A stretch of 64,000 nucleotides of DNA from Paraspadella gotoi (lineage: Eukaryota > Animalia > Chaetognatha). The position numbers and the translations under genes were made by a program. Below the pieces are notes generated by a model. That model searched no databases and had not been told where the DNA came from. It saw only the letters and a list, made by a program, of their open reading frames with translations. The stretch lies in contig CM119265.1 in assembly GCA_051294375.1 (NCBI GenBank), positions 4,571,035 through 4,635,034 on the forward strand. The letters are read 5' to 3'. The stretch's first letter is position 1. Each line of letters begins with the position of its first letter. Below are positions 1 to 13,288 of this stretch, piece after piece.

Positions 1-1812
1 TTCTTTCCTTTTCTTCTCTCTTTTTTATATTTTTTCTTCCACCTTTCTTCCTCCTATCATTTTCCCTTAATCGTTCATCTCTTTATATTGTTTTTTTTTT
101 CATCTTTTCTCTCTCTCTCTATCTCTCTCTCTTCGTCCCGCGCGCGCTCGTGTTTTTCTTTTAAATTTTTTCCCCTTTTTCTAAATTCCTTTTTTTTTGT
201 TTAAGTTTTTCTTTTTCAAGTCTTCTATTTTTTTTCTTGACGGTTTCGATCTTGTGAACAATCGTGAACATCGTCTTCACTCGGATTAACTCTCGACTCT
301 TTTATCGCCTCCAATCAAAGCTTCTCATTAAAATTGTAATCCTCTCTTCCATTCCTTTTCCTTTCCTTTCCTTTCCTTTCCTTTCCTTTTCTTTTCTTTC
401 ATATTCTTTTCCTTCCTTTCCTTTCTTTCATGATTCATTTTTTTTTTCGGCCCTCAGTTTCGTTGGCGAATCGAGCGAACATCAACATTCTCTCCTTTTG
501 AAGGTCCTCTTTCCTCGCCTCTCTTCCTCCTCCTCCTCCTTCCTCTTCCTCCTCTCATTTTTTTATTTTTTTTTTATTCGTTCTTATTTTTTTCTTCTTT
601 TTTTCGGGCGCGATCTCACGTTTGACGAGAGACAAAAACGATTTTATTCTCCTTTTCGCTTCCGCCGAACGCATTTATATATTGTTCCCTATTTATTTTT
701 ATTTTCGTTTTCGTTAGGTTTTTAAATTTTTGTTTCGATTTCTAGGTTTTAGCTCTTATCCTCGATTTCTGTTTTAAAATAACCTTTCGTTTAACTAATT
801 CCATCCAGTTCATAAATTTACCAGTACTTAGTTACGAGTCGTTCGTAAGTCGTTCGTAAATCACATGTCCGTACGTTCTTTCCTCGAGCTGTATCGGACG
901 TTTCTTTCCGTTCATTCGTACGATGATTAATGAATCTCATAAGTTGCGTACCGTGCCTTCTTCTCGCCCCCCCCCTCCTCCTCTCTCTCCGCTACTTTTC
1001 CGTTTTTCATCACCTTTTTCTTTCGAGATTTCAAAAACTACTTCTTCTCTTCTTTTTCTCTTCTTTCTTTCTTCTCAGTGGCAAAAACAAATTAGCAAAC
1101 AAATTGGAAAATTCACATGATTGGATGACGTCACCGATTTCCACGCTGTTCCTTCTCTGCGAGCTCCCCCCCCCTCTCGGTTCCGTTTTTTTTTACTCTC
1201 TTCTTAAGGAGAAGAGCGCCTTCTCTCTCATTCCTCCATTCAAAGACGACTCAATCCCTGCGCCACCCCCCCTCAAACCGCCCCCCCCTTCATTTTTTTT
1301 TCGCCTCGTTATTCAAAATTCATAAAGATGCCGACTTTCGCCTCGTCTTCGTCCGATTATTTTCTTTCCCCCTGTCAACCCCACAGCGAAACCCCTTCAC
1401 GCTTTCATCTTTTTTTTTTTATTCTTTCTTTTCTTTCCTTTTCTCTCCCTTTTTATTATATTATTTTCTTCCACCTTTTCTATCCTCCTATCATTTCCCC
1501 TTAATCGTTCATCTTCTTATATGTTTTTATCTTTTCTCTCTCTCTCTCCTCTCCTCTCTCTCCCTCTCTTCTCTCTCTCTCTCTCTCTTCGTCCCGCGCG
1601 CGGGTCGTGTTTTCTTTTTAATTTTTTCCCCTTTTTCTTAATTCCTTTTTTTGTTAAGCTTTTTCTTTTTCAAGTCTTGCCTTTTTTTTCCTTTGACGGT
1701 TTCGATTCTTGTGAACAATCGTGATAACATTCGGTCTATCACTCGGATTAACTCTCGACTACTTTATTCGCCTCCAATCAAAAGCTTTACTCATTAAAAA
1801 TTCAATCCTCTC
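1..1812 (+). repeat. Direct duplication: ~1-346 repeated at ~1431-1812, second copy indel-rich
   Basis: Shared strings in both copies, e.g. cttcgtcccgcgcgcg, gacggtttcgat(t)cttgtgaacaatcgtga, actcggattaactctcgact, cgcctccaatcaaa. The differences are mostly 1-nt indels. Confidence 0.85.
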
Positions 1813-2059
1813 TATCTCTCTCTCTTCCGCTGTCTCTCTCTCTCTCTCTCTTCTCTCTCCTTTTCTCTCTTCTCTCTCTCTCTCTCTCTCTCCCTCTCTT
1901 CTCTCTCTCCTCTCTCTTCTTCTGTTCCTTCTCTCTCTCTCTCTTTCTCAACGGCCAGAGAAAATCGTGGTTCCCTTTTTATCCCATTTACTGATTTAAC
2001 TCCAACGGAAAAGCCGGCCGTTCTCTCGTTTTCCAACGTATCTCCTACTCTCCTCCCCC

Positions 2060-2137
<78 letters not shown>

Positions 2138-2162
2138 NNNNNNNNNNNNNNNNNNNNNNNNN
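2138..2162. other. Assembly gap of exactly 25 N (also 3094-3118, 31134-31158, 40640-40664, 43100-43124)
   Basis: Counted N runs: five runs of 25 N. Sized gaps also occur at 24271-24528, 45694-46120, 52905-53070 and 56598-56689. Confidence 0.98.
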
Positions 2163-3123
2163 CCTCTTTATTCCCTTTCTTAAATCTATTTCTTCCCCGT
2201 CATCAACTGGATAATGAAAAATCTTCAGTACGAATGGAGTCCGGACGCGTCCGTCCTTTCTCGTTCTCTCCGGCTCCGCGTTGTTCATTTTATCGCCGGA
2301 CGTCGTAGGTGGCGCCGTCTTCCATTCTTTTCTCGCTGCCTCCACCACGAGCTCATTTACAATGCGGAGTGTGAGACAGGCCAAGTGTGACTATCACACC
2401 GTTTGAATTAATTCAATCGATTTGCTTTTTTTTTTTTCGCCATTGAGAAAAGCCTCTTCTTGCTCAGTCGACTGCACCAAGGATTCCGGTTGATCGAGTG
2501 GGAGATGGTAGTGTTTGGTCCCGTCACCACCTCCAACCACCTTATCCATCTTCTTTCATCGAAACCTCACCCACTCTATCTCCCTCTTTCTCCCCATCAC
2601 GGCGCTCGTGCGACGGACGGGAGTCCCTAAGGAAAGAAGCAACACGGTTTAATTACCATCACTCTCTTGAGTATGAGTGGCTGAGAGCGGAAGGGAGAGA
2701 GAGAGAGAGAGAAAGAGGGGGGGGGGAGAGAGAGAGAGAGAGAGGGAGAGATATCGTGTCTGCGTGGAAAGCAGGCAAAATATGGGAAAACGCTTCTGTT
2801 GGCGAACGAAAGTTTATTCAATTTTTTAATTAAATTTTACATTCTTTATAACTCTCAATTACGAGAAAATTTAATAAAATATGATGTTTTTTCGTTACTG
2901 ATAATCCAGTAATGAAATAAGACACGAAAAAAAACCTATGCCATCTTCAGTTTAAAAGAAAAAATAAATTGCAAAACAATATAATACGAATTGCGAATTG
3001 AGAAGGAAACGGAATCCCCGGATTTTTTGGAATATTTCCATCGCGGATTAGCGATCGAATCCTCCCAAGATTTTATCTCTCTCTCTCTCTCTCNNNNNNN
3101 NNNNNNNNNNNNNNNNNNTCTCT

Positions 3124-3156
<33 letters not shown>

Positions 3157-3553
3157 CTCCTCTCTCTCTCTTCTCCTCTCTCTCTCTCTCTTCTCTCTCC
3201 TCTTCTGTTTGTGGGTGATCTAACTCTCTCACCCATTACACAGACTATGAAAAGCGATGAAATCAACTTTATCCCTTCCGAATTCAATTTTCTCTTATGT
3301 ACGATTCCAAACATTTGTTTATTTTTTGTTTTGTATTCAAAAAGCAGCGACGTTGTTCTTTGCTGTTGGTCCCACCAAAATAAGAAAAGAAGATGAAGCG
3401 CCCCCCCCCTTTTGAGCTGTGTGTGTGCGTGTCTGCGTGCGTCTCTCTCCGATCTTCTTAACTTACTTTAACTTTCTATCTAAGACTTAGTTTTTTTTAG
3501 CGTTCTTCTTCCTCAACTTCATCTTATTTTCTCTCTTCTCTCTCTCTCCTCTC

Positions 3554-3584
<31 letters not shown>

Positions 3585-5199
3585 GCTCTCTCTCTCTCTC
3601 TCTCTACTCTCTCTTCTCTCTTCTCGTGTTTTTTGGACGATCAAAAATCGATTTTTCCTTCTCTCTCTCTCACTTTTTCATCTCAGAAAAACTGCAAATC
3701 AGAGATGTCCTTCGTTTCCTATTGCAAATAAATCGGTCGAAACGGATTTCGACTGGCGGGAGGAGTTTTTAAAAAAAGAAGGGGAAAAAAGGAAAGAAAT
3801 AAAACTGAGAAAACAAGAAAAACAGGAAAGAAAAAAAGGAACTGAATATGGAGAAGCAAACGGTGGACCATGGGTGGCCTCGAGTCAAAGATGGACCCAT
3901 TACCTATTTCTTAACCCTAACCCTTTTTTATCCACCACAGTTCTCATCGCGGGGTATCTGAACTAGCAAGTGGCAAAGACCGATGTTTTTTCTTTTTTTT
4001 TCTCTCTCTTCTTCTCTTTCTTCTCTCTCTCTCTCTCTGGCACCATTGTCCATCTGCCTGGCGCTCGATTCGGGCTCAAAGGGCGATTGAAAAAAAAGAA
4101 AAATAGTTAGTTACCTTCGATGAATCTGAGAAGAGCCAATTGTCTGACTTACAAAAAGAGATTGCTATATAAGATCAGCTATTAAACACATTCCCCCGAC
4201 AAGCCACAGAAAAAAACTCAATGGCTGAGGAGAAATTGTACACAATGGCCATACGCTTCTTGACTCCGCTTTTCAATATTGTCATATGTTACTCTTCCCA
4301 GGTCTCGGCAGTGACCGCAATACGGATAGCCAAGTATCTTTTCCATCGGGAGTGGCCACCTTTTGTGTCGACTCTCTAAAATTGACCAGTACCTCTCTAC
4401 CGTGGTAAGCTTTCTCTTTTAAAGATCTGATTTTGAATATAATCGAGGATATCGTTTATGATTTCGTCGTCCTTCTAAGTTCTTCGTTCGTCGTTTCCGT
4501 CTCGTCGTGTGTTGTCCGTCGTCCTCATCGTCAAAATAATGTCGTCGTCATCATCTTCTGTTAAGTCGGTCTTTGTCATCGGTTCGTAACTTGTTACATC
4601 ATTTTGCACGACGTCCGCCCCTCGCAAATATTGATACTCGTGCGTAATTCAGGCATGCCCGCCGCGCCCGGCCGCCGCCGCCGCCGGCCGCCGCCGCCGC
4701 CGGCCCCGCTGCACGCCCGCGCGCATTTAATATCTCGTCACGACGGAGGCAAGCAGCAAACTTTAACGCCCAGCCTCAGCGTTTCCTTCCGCATGTCGCG
4801 TTTTATTTCTCATTCCTTTTGTTTTCTAAAACCATGAAAATGAAGTATGATAATTCCGGACCAGAGCGCACGAAAACGACAGAGTACTCATATCACGTGC
4901 GCCCGAGATTACCTGCTAGTATATAGCCGCGATTACGACTGATGAATGAAGGACTCGCGGTCCTGACCTGAAGCCGAGACGTGAACATAAGCACGTGTGA
5001 GTGGCTCTTGTAATTCTGAGAGTCGCTCTCTTCGTTTCCGATCCTCAACTTATGTAGCTTCATGTGTCAACGATATATATATATATACATTTATCTTCGA
5101 ATAAGAACTGAGGAGCTCGTCTCTCTCTCACATTAGGAGTGTTGTCGCTCCTCAGCTAGTGTCAAGCGTACTGAGGGACTGCAGGGCCAGCAGGAATAT

Positions 5200-6910
5200 A
5201 GAGAATATATAGAAGGCGATATCGCCCATTTGACGCGATTTTGAGAAAAAATCAAAATTGCGCTCAGAGAGACACACTATTTTTTTCACGCCCGTCAATA
5301 TTTGCTCTAAGCGCTGAGTTTATTATGAAGCTTGCCCTACATCATTTATTTGCTCATACCAATACCCTTCGAGACGAACAGAACCTACATAATGACTCAT
5401 TTTATATAAAAACTATATTTTGAATCATTTTATTTTTTGGTTTATAATTAATTTTAGCTCATATGTATTTACAATTTACTAACATTAATATTCAAGGTTA
5501 ATTCTATTCGCTCGTTTCTAACAACTTTATACATCAGAACAAGAGCCAGTTCTATTAAGAAGTCCTAAACAAATTTAAACATTAAAAATAATTTTAAATA
5601 CCCAAAAATATTTACAATACTTTCACATTATCACATATATATTGATAGTCTTTAAAACTAATTAAATCTTTAAAAAACTATAAAGGGGTTTGAAAGCGGA
5701 CATCAGCTAATTTCAAATCTATTTTGTTTTTTTAAAATTTGATTTCTTGTTCTTGTTTACAGATCATAACTTTGTAAAAATTAAGAAAATCATCCCTTCG
5801 GAAACCTTATAATAAATGATTGGGTCCATGTATTGGAAAAAAAATTTTAAAAATTAATTTTGAAAATGTAATATTACTTGCCTATTCAAAATTGTAAATG
5901 CAGGAAAAAATAAGATCCAAAGATTATCAAGGGAAGAAGGTGTCATTATTTATATTTTTTTATGAAAAAAAGAATAGGATTTTTTTTTAATTAAGCAATT
6001 GAAGCATTCTCTCATGGCCGAAGCGGCTGAGCAGAGGTTCTCAAAGATTAGGATTTAGTAAGGACTTAAGTGTTTTTGCAATTATTGAGGGACAACCTCA
6101 AACAACACCTATCTTTTTCTTTACTAAAATTGCACAAACCATAAGTTCAGAGTTCTAAATGCAGACATAAGGAGTAGACCTTTTCATATATTTGAAAGTC
6201 TTTTTAAATTCAAAAAAACGTTTGTGTAAAAGGTGCCATATATCATTATGAAAATTTTATTGAACATTTGTTTTTCAAAAAAAATTTTACAGTAAATGCT
6301 GGCCAAAACTCTGAAAAAAAATTGAAAAAGGTAAAAAATTTTTACTTTCATAAATATCTTTTAAAGATTTATTACTACAGGGACGAAACCCAATCTATAT
6401 TGTAGAGCGGAAAAAATTGACTTATTTGTTTTTACATACTCGCATTATAAATTAAGTTTATTTTTTTTACTAAATACATTTTAAAACCTATTGCTTTAGC
6501 TATTTTTTGATAAACTTTTTAAAAAATGATATTTTAACAAGTTTGTGAAAGATTTTAAAAGAAAATTATGCTCAATTGAAATAGAGAGATAATTTGCCTG
6601 TTGTTTTTTGCCTAAAAATATTTTAAAAAAAAAGCCTATAGGTTAAAAAGTTATAACTTTTTAATATTTAAAAAAAATGACTTACCTTATAATTATTTTA
6701 TTTAATAGGTTTGAACTACGTTTAAAAAAGAAAAGTGGAATGCACTTTTCTTAGAGTAAATAAAAAATAGTACATTCTGAATATCATTTGCTCAAGCATT
6801 TGTTAATAATTTAATTCATTTTTGTCAATTTCTTTTTATTTTATATAAAAAATTTTTTTAAAAATCTTTAAAAGTAGCATTTTGATCGAGCCAGCTAGCC
6901 TATTAAGAAA
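5200..6910. mobile_element. AT-rich probable non-autonomous DNA-transposon relic, unclassified
   Basis: Abrupt switch to very AT-rich, microsatellite-free sequence resembling the other foldback elements in the window. No TIR pair or TSD could be identified. Confidence 0.3.
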
Positions 6911-7004
6911 ATTAATGAAAACATCGGGGAAAAAAAAAGAATAATTTTTGATAGCGATTATGAATTATTATGTAATAGTAATTTATTGAGTAGTAGGAAT
7001 TGAT

Positions 7005-7160
7005 TATTGATGCGATGATAACCAAATTATTGACGCGAATGATAACCAAATATGATGCAGATGATAACCAAATATTGAATGCGATTATAACCAATAATTG
7101 ATGCGATGATAACCAAAATGATTTAAGTGTATGATAACCAAATAATTTGACTGCGATTGT
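7005..7160 (+). repeat. Minisatellite, ~22-bp unit (ttgatgcgatgataaccaaata), ~7 copies
   Basis: Repeated gataaccaaa core with ~22-bp period. Confidence 0.85.
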
Positions 7161-7278
7161 GAAAGAGTAAATGTCTGTGCATCTGCTGAAATACAAAAAT
7201 TAATTTAAAAAAAATTGGAAAAATTTTCTTGGAACGTGTTCTGTTCACAAAAATGGGTTACTGTAGGTGATATATCAC

Positions 7279-7302
7279 TAAGGCGTAGGAAAAGTTACAT
7301 AC
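7279..7302 (+). mobile_element. Solo TIR fragment of the 11033-11640 MITE family
   Basis: taaggcgtaggaaaagttacatac matches the reverse complement of the MITE right end (taaggcgtagtgaaagttacatac) at 22/24 positions. Confidence 0.7.
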
Positions 7303-7335
7303 TATGGTGACTAAAATCCACAACGTTCAATCAAC

Positions 7336-7515
7336 GGCATTTCGGTCCGGAGGCAAAGTCATTCGCCTTCCCAACCCAAAGGTCCAGGCGTTCTAGGCCC
7401 GGTGGTCGTCAGGCAGTTAGAAAGGACGGGGCGCTTAACCCGCCTGTAAACATGGTATTATAGCCTTGATCCGAAGCATCAGGGACTGCTTATATCTGAA
7501 CGGTTCTGTTATTAA
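7336..7515 (+). mobile_element. Putative tRNA-derived SINE, degenerate
   Basis: The head cggtccggagg...cgccttcccaacccaaaggtccaggcgttctaggcccgg has A-box-like, anticodon-arm-like and B-box-like parts. A related head lies at 50017-50070. Confidence 0.45.
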
Positions 7516-7847
7516 ACATTTATTAATAATTACTGTCTCTTTAATACAAAAATTCTAAAAGTAATTATAAAACAACATTATTTGACCAGTACCTTCTCTC
7601 CCGGGTAACTTTCTCTTTTAAGATCTGATTTTGAATGATAATCGAGGATATTCGTTTATGATTTCGTCTCCTTCTAAGTCTTCGTCGTCGTCGTCGTCGT
7701 AGTTGTCGTCGTCCTCATCGTCAACATAATAGTCGTCGTCATCATCTCTGTTAATGTCGTCTTTGTCATCGTCGTAAACTTGTTTACATCATTTTGCACG
7801 ACGTCGCCCTCGAAATATTGATATGATCGTCGTCGTAATCTCAGGCA

Positions 7848-7881
<34 letters not shown>

Positions 7882-8247
7882 ATTTAATATCTTCACGACG
7901 GAGCAGAAAACTTTAACGCCGCAGCCTCAGCAGTTTCCTCCGCATGTTCGTTCATTTATTTCTTCATTCCTTTTGTTTCTAAAACCAGAAAATGAAGTAT
8001 GAATAATTCCGGCCACGCGAGAGCAAAAACCTGACGTTTCCGGCCCGAATTACTGCTATATTACCGGAGAGATAGATAGAAGAAGGAAATGAGCGATAAT
8101 CAGGAAAACCTTATTTCTGATGAGGGAGGAAGGATTTCATCCGATAAACCAACTACATGTTTTTTTTAGTTTGTTCATTTTGTTATTGTTTTTATTCTTA
8201 GGTATTTGTTCTTCTTTCTTTATGTATTTTTTTTCTTTTTCTTTTTC

Positions 8248-8347
<100 letters not shown>

Positions 8348-8486
8348 TTTTTCTTTCTTCCTTTCTTTCTCTCTCTCTTTTTTTAGAAAGCAACGAATTT
8401 ATGTTTATTGTCGTCGTTAATCCGAGAGAGAATCAATGAATAATGAGTTGTAAAGGTTTGAGCGATGTTCGCCGTAGTGGGTTTGC

Positions 8487-8565
8487 GTGCCACGGGGTGT
8501 CACGGGGTTCGACGGGTTGCCACGGAGTGTCACGGGGTTCGACGGGGTGCCACGGAGTGCAACGG
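8487..8565 (+). repeat. Minisatellite: 10-bp subunits forming a 30-bp higher-order unit
   Basis: gtgccacggg / gtgtcacggg / gttcgacggg cycle repeated ~2.6 times. Confidence 0.9.
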
Positions 8566-8738
8566 ACCTGCGCAGTTGCTCGTCTGGATTCTTCATTGAA
8601 CTCCCTTTCGGCGTCTCGCGTTGTATATTTTTGGGCGTAAAAGTTTGAATAAAAAATTAAATGATTGAATGGTCAGAAATATTGTCAAATTGTGAAAAGG
8701 ATTATTTATCAAATCGCTGACACAATTAATAAGACAGA

Positions 8739-8798
<60 letters not shown>

Positions 8799-9922
8799 AC
8801 AATACCGAATCTCCTGGTTTCGAATACTTTATAAAGGTGACTCCAAAGGCGACTGGCCCGAAATGTCCTTCGGCGTTCAGTTCATTTCTGAGTCGCGCTG
8901 TTGCTTCCACTTTTACTTTGGTGACTGCTGATTGCGTCGTTGCTTGTTTATTGTCCTTTTCCCCAAATTTCCGGCCTCTTCCTTCCTTCCTTCCTTCCTT
9001 CCTTCCTTCGTCTCATTCTTACTGTTTCTCGCTGTTTCATCACCGCTCGTCGTCTCCCGACTCCTGACTCCTTCCTTTCTTTGTTTTCTTTCTTTCCTGT
9101 TTTCTCACTTGTCCGACCTGTTTCTTTTTTTATTTCCGTCCTAGATGTTTTATGTTCTGCTTTCAACTTGCTTCTCCTTTCACGTTCCGTCTTAAAAGAT
9201 CCGCTTTGCTTCTCCAAATTTGGTTTTCGTTTCTTTTGTTCCCAAAAGCTCGAGGCTTCGGTTTATGTTTAAGTTAAGGTGTTTAATAAACACTGTTTAT
9301 GGTTGCAAAAAAGAATAATAGTAAACATGAGACGGATCGACTCATAAATAATACCAGAATGCTAAAAGATCAGAACGTTATAGCTTTTCCATACGTTTAA
9401 AAGAATGTATTAAACTGATAGAAATAGAAGCTTATGCCTGATATTACGGCAACACAACCGATAAAGAAAAGAGTTACATTATCGTCAGAAAAACAAAAAA
9501 AGAAAATTGTTTCGAAATGAAAAAAAAATTTCCTAAAATGGAAACGAGGGTTGCTTCCAAATAAAAAAAAACTTGCCTCATTTCGAGTCGTAAAAAAGTA
9601 TCCAAGCCTGCCAATAATACTTGAAAGTTGGAACGGATATTTGGGCAATTTTCTTTTCATTTAACCCGACTTTTCTACATTATTCTATTTCCTAAATCTT
9701 TGTTTTCCAAACATTATTCGTTTAATGTTCTATTACTGACATTCTTTCATCCCCCTTTCCGCCATCGCTCTTACAACCTTCCTTTCCTTTTCTCCCCTTT
9801 TTTCCTCCTTTTTCCTCCAAGAAGAAAAAACTCGTACGAAAAAATCGTTTGTCGTAAAAGCCAGTAAGCGAGACGCCGCCATTAAAGTCGTCGCTGTATT
9901 CGTCGTCGTCGTCGCTGTCGCT

Positions 9923-9954
<32 letters not shown>

Positions 9955-10435
9955 GGCCGCCGCCTGTGAGTTAGTGCCATCAACAGCAGCGAGGGCGGCG
10001 GGCGGGAAACCAGGGTTACCGCGGAAACGGGTCAAAGAGACTTGAGTGGAACAAAAGAGTCTGAACCGACCTCGCACGCCGTCGGTGGACGAATCCGTCT
10101 CGTTTGAGAAAGATCTTTGATGTTTTGACGATTGAGCCCCGTAATGGTTTACATTATCTTTTATTTTACTTTAATTTTTTTTTAGGCTTTTTTTTACGTA
10201 TGTCTTTACGTATATCTTTACGTATATACTTCGCATAAACTTTTATTTCTTTGCACGAACTGTCTTCTCTGTGTTAAAGGAAATTGTTTATTCTACTGTT
10301 ACTTTTTACCCAAATCTCTTTCTCTATTCTCTAATCATGGTTTCGAGAGAACAATATCGTTGTTGTCGGTTTCGATTATCCCGGAGCAGATTGATTTATT
10401 TGTCCTTTTACACTTCTCCTGTGGGTGGAACCTCG

Positions 10436-10502
<67 letters not shown>

Positions 10503-10829
10503 TCTCCCCTCTCTCTCTCTCTCAACACAATTTTTTTTTCCGGGGGAATGCGTCGATCATGACGTCGAAATGCCGCTTGAGATCGCGTGCAAGGAGCGAC
10601 TTACGTGCTCGTGCGTGCGGGATGCGCGCAATGCGTCGAAATGACTGCGAATTTTGTTTTCGTTGCGAAACGGAGAAGAGAGAGTGAGGGTGAAAGGAAG
10701 AGAGAGAGATGAGAAAAAAACGAGAATTGCAATGAATAGAGCAAGGGGCTGAGTGAAGAGAGAGAGAGAGCGAGAGAGAGAGAGAGAGAGAGAGAGATGA
10801 GGAGAGAGAGAGAGAGATGGGGGAGAATA

Positions 10830-10860
<31 letters not shown>

Positions 10861-11032
10861 GAGAGAGAGACAGAGAGAGGGAAAACGGCGATCTTCCACC
10901 CCTAAGGGGCTTTCTAAATTTCTTTTTAGAGACTCGAAAATTTTTTTTTGTGAAGACGATAACTTTTAAAAAGCGGTTTTCTTCTGCCGTTTTGACTGCT
11001 TGACTCTTTAAAACTACAGCGTGATTGATTAG

Positions 11033-11640
11033 TAAGGCATAGTAAAATTTCTAAATTTAAACTTTAATTAAAATTCTAAAAGTGAAGGAACGAACAACAT
11101 TATACTAATGAAATTTATTTAATAAAAAAATTTATAATAAATTTTACAATTTACGCAGTAGGCCATATTTATACTAGTACTAAACCAATAAATGTTAAAA
11201 TTTCAAAACAGTTTTTTCTAAGATTTTTTTGCAGATTTGGATTCGTCATAAAAAGTTGATAAAAAAGAAATATAACTCTTTTTTTGAAAAATTCCTTCAT
11301 TAAGTGGGTCAAAAATTAGAAAAAGCTATATTTAAGCTGAAAATTAACTTTTTATATATTAAATATAGTTTTTTTAATTTTTAACCCACTTAATGAAAGA
11401 ATTTTTAAAAATGAATATATTTCTTTTATCAACTTGACGGGGAATTTCAAATCTGCAATCAAAATTAAGAAAAGCCTATTTTGAAAATTTCGATTTTATA
11501 AGGATAGTACTATATATAAATATAGCCTACTGCGAAAATTAAAAAACATAAAATAATTTTTTTTACAAATTAAGTTCACTGATGGTATGTTGTTCATAAT
11601 TGACTTTAGAATTTTCGTATGTAACTTTCACTACGCCTTA
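11033..11640. mobile_element. Palindromic MITE (foldback-type non-autonomous DNA transposon) with 8-bp TSD ttgattag
   Basis: Termini taaggcatagt...actacgcctta. Internal inverted matches include cgcagtaggc/gcctactgcg, tgcagatttg/caaatctgca, aagttgataaaa/ttttatcaactt and ttcattaagtgggt/acccacttaatgaa. ttgattag lies at 11025-11032 and 11641-11648. Confidence 0.9.
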
Positions 11641-11924
11641 TTGATTAGTTACACAGAGAATTTGGCGTTAAATTAGTTAAAATCTTAAATTAGGAAAAAA
11701 CAGATTTTTGTGTTTTTTCCTGATACCAAAACGCAACGAAATGAAAGGAATATAACAAAATCTTAAATTGAAATATTAAAATAATAGAATATATTATTGG
11801 CTCAACAGTCAACAACAGACCGCAACAAAATAACGTCATTATGAAATGCTTTCTTTTTTTATTCGAGCGGGCCCTTGGTTAAGGGAGGCTATTTAAAGCC
11901 GAGAGGGATCGATGACCTGAAACT

Positions 11925-12058
<134 letters not shown>

Positions 12059-12320
12059 CAAAAAACTTCAGACGCAAAGCAAATTTTCGAACTGAATAAT
12101 TTCTTGGTCGAATCGAATATATTTTTCTTTTATTCATTAATCTATTTTTCTTATCTCATTCGCCACAGCACTTCGGACAAGTATTCTTTTTAGAATTTCA
12201 TATGAACTCTTTAATATTAACAAGCGTTAAAACATTTAGGAAACAACAAAACTATTATCATCTCGCTAGGAAGACTTTTCTTTCGCCTCGAGTCACAACG
12301 AAAAAAAAAAACTCTCTTAC

Positions 12321-12379
12321 TCACGTGACTCCCCACGACATCACGTGACTTCCGGTGACGCGTCACTTCCGGCGACGCG
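12321..12379. promoter_or_regulatory. Motif cluster: 2x TCACGTGAC (E-box) and 2x ACTTCCGG (ETS), one forming an ETS-CRE composite
   Basis: tcacgtgactccccacgacatcacgtgacttccggtgacgcgtcacttccggcgacgcg within a CpG-rich island. Confidence 0.5.
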
Positions 12380-13288
12380 GGAGAGGACCTGATTAACGAC
12401 GCCAGAGGTGACGCCGCCAACGCCCGCGACGCCGCTAATTGCCTCCTGGCGTCGTTGAGGCAGTTACGGTTGATTGACTGTATCTCTTTAAGACGCTACT
12501 GTTGGAGCAGTGAAACCTCGAGTTGGGGAAGGACTGTTTATTTCTGCCAACTGGTTTCCTGTTGAAAGTTTTTTTAAAATGAGAAAAGCATGATTACAAT
12601 TTTATACCGAAAGATAACGGAGGGAAACTTCCGCATTTACTCAATAAAACTTTTCGTTATAAATAAATTTAGTATTTACGATACTTCAGCTACATAAAAC
12701 CAGACAGTGAATCCTCATTGAAAACTCCCAGGGTTTCCCGATGCTATCATCTTGTATAAGGAATGGAATTGATTCGGTACTTTTTAATATTAATTGTTCG
12801 AATTTAATATTAAAATAAAAAATATTTTTATCCCTAATGAAATAAGAAACAAACACAAAATTGCGAAAAGACTCGAACCCAAAAGTTCAAAGTTTAAGAT
12901 CTGTGACTGATTACGTCATTTTGACGTCTCTCCTTTCTTCACAAACGCGGGTTTTTTTATTCGAACATAAAAACCATCCACGTTTTTTCTTTCGTGAAAA
13001 TCGCGTGACTCATTAAAAACAGCGGACGTCCCTCGCGCAGTGACGGTGATGGCGGGCGACGGCGAGTGACGAGCCGCGCCGACGACAATCGAAATAATTT
13101 TGGACCATTGGCATGGGTTTTTTTTTTCTCCCTTTGCCCCACCCCCCCGCTCGGATGTTAGACCGCCTCATACTGCTTCTCTTTCATCTCTTCCACCTCC
13201 TCCTCCTCTTCTCCCTCCTCTTCTTCCTCCTCCTCCTACTCCATTTTAAAAACTCTCCTCGCCCTTTGAATTCCTCCCAACTGTTTCG

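Larger units (their letters stand above)
4382..8060 (+). repeat. Direct repeat pair of ~0.5 kb (4382-~4925 and 7582-~8060) flanking ~2.7 kb
   Basis: Both copies begin ttgaccagtacct and share aagatctgattttgaat, attttgcacgacgtc, a (gcc)n tract, gcatttaatatct, actttaacgcc and aaaatgaagtatga. The first copy is much noisier. Confidence 0.85.

Noticed and set aside
2321-2337. CTCF-like motif cgtaggtggcgcc (weaker ones at ~12402, ~16704, ~57302)
   Set aside because: Short partial matches in GC-rich DNA; cannot be distinguished from background without PWM scoring or ChIP.
3911-3924. Telomere-like taaccctaaccc (and taacctaacc at ~60632)
   Set aside because: Only two units each; expected by chance.
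4939-4980. Second hammerhead candidate (ctgatga...ggac/gtcc); similar partial hits at ~42129 and ~44501
   Set aside because: No correctly placed GAAA box with stems II/III and NUH triplet.
7005-7160. CRISPR-like array (also 19181-19419 and 50443-50532)
   Set aside because: Head-to-tail repeats without unique spacers, no cas genes, eukaryotic context.
7336-7405. Functional tRNA gene
   Set aside because: No intact acceptor stem and a degenerate T-loop; treated as a SINE-like head.
4382-8060. LTR retrotransposon (two ~0.5-kb direct repeats flanking 2.7 kb)
   Set aside because: No clear TG...CA ends, PBS/PPT, TSD or gag/pol remnants. The first copy looks like a noisy long-read duplicate.
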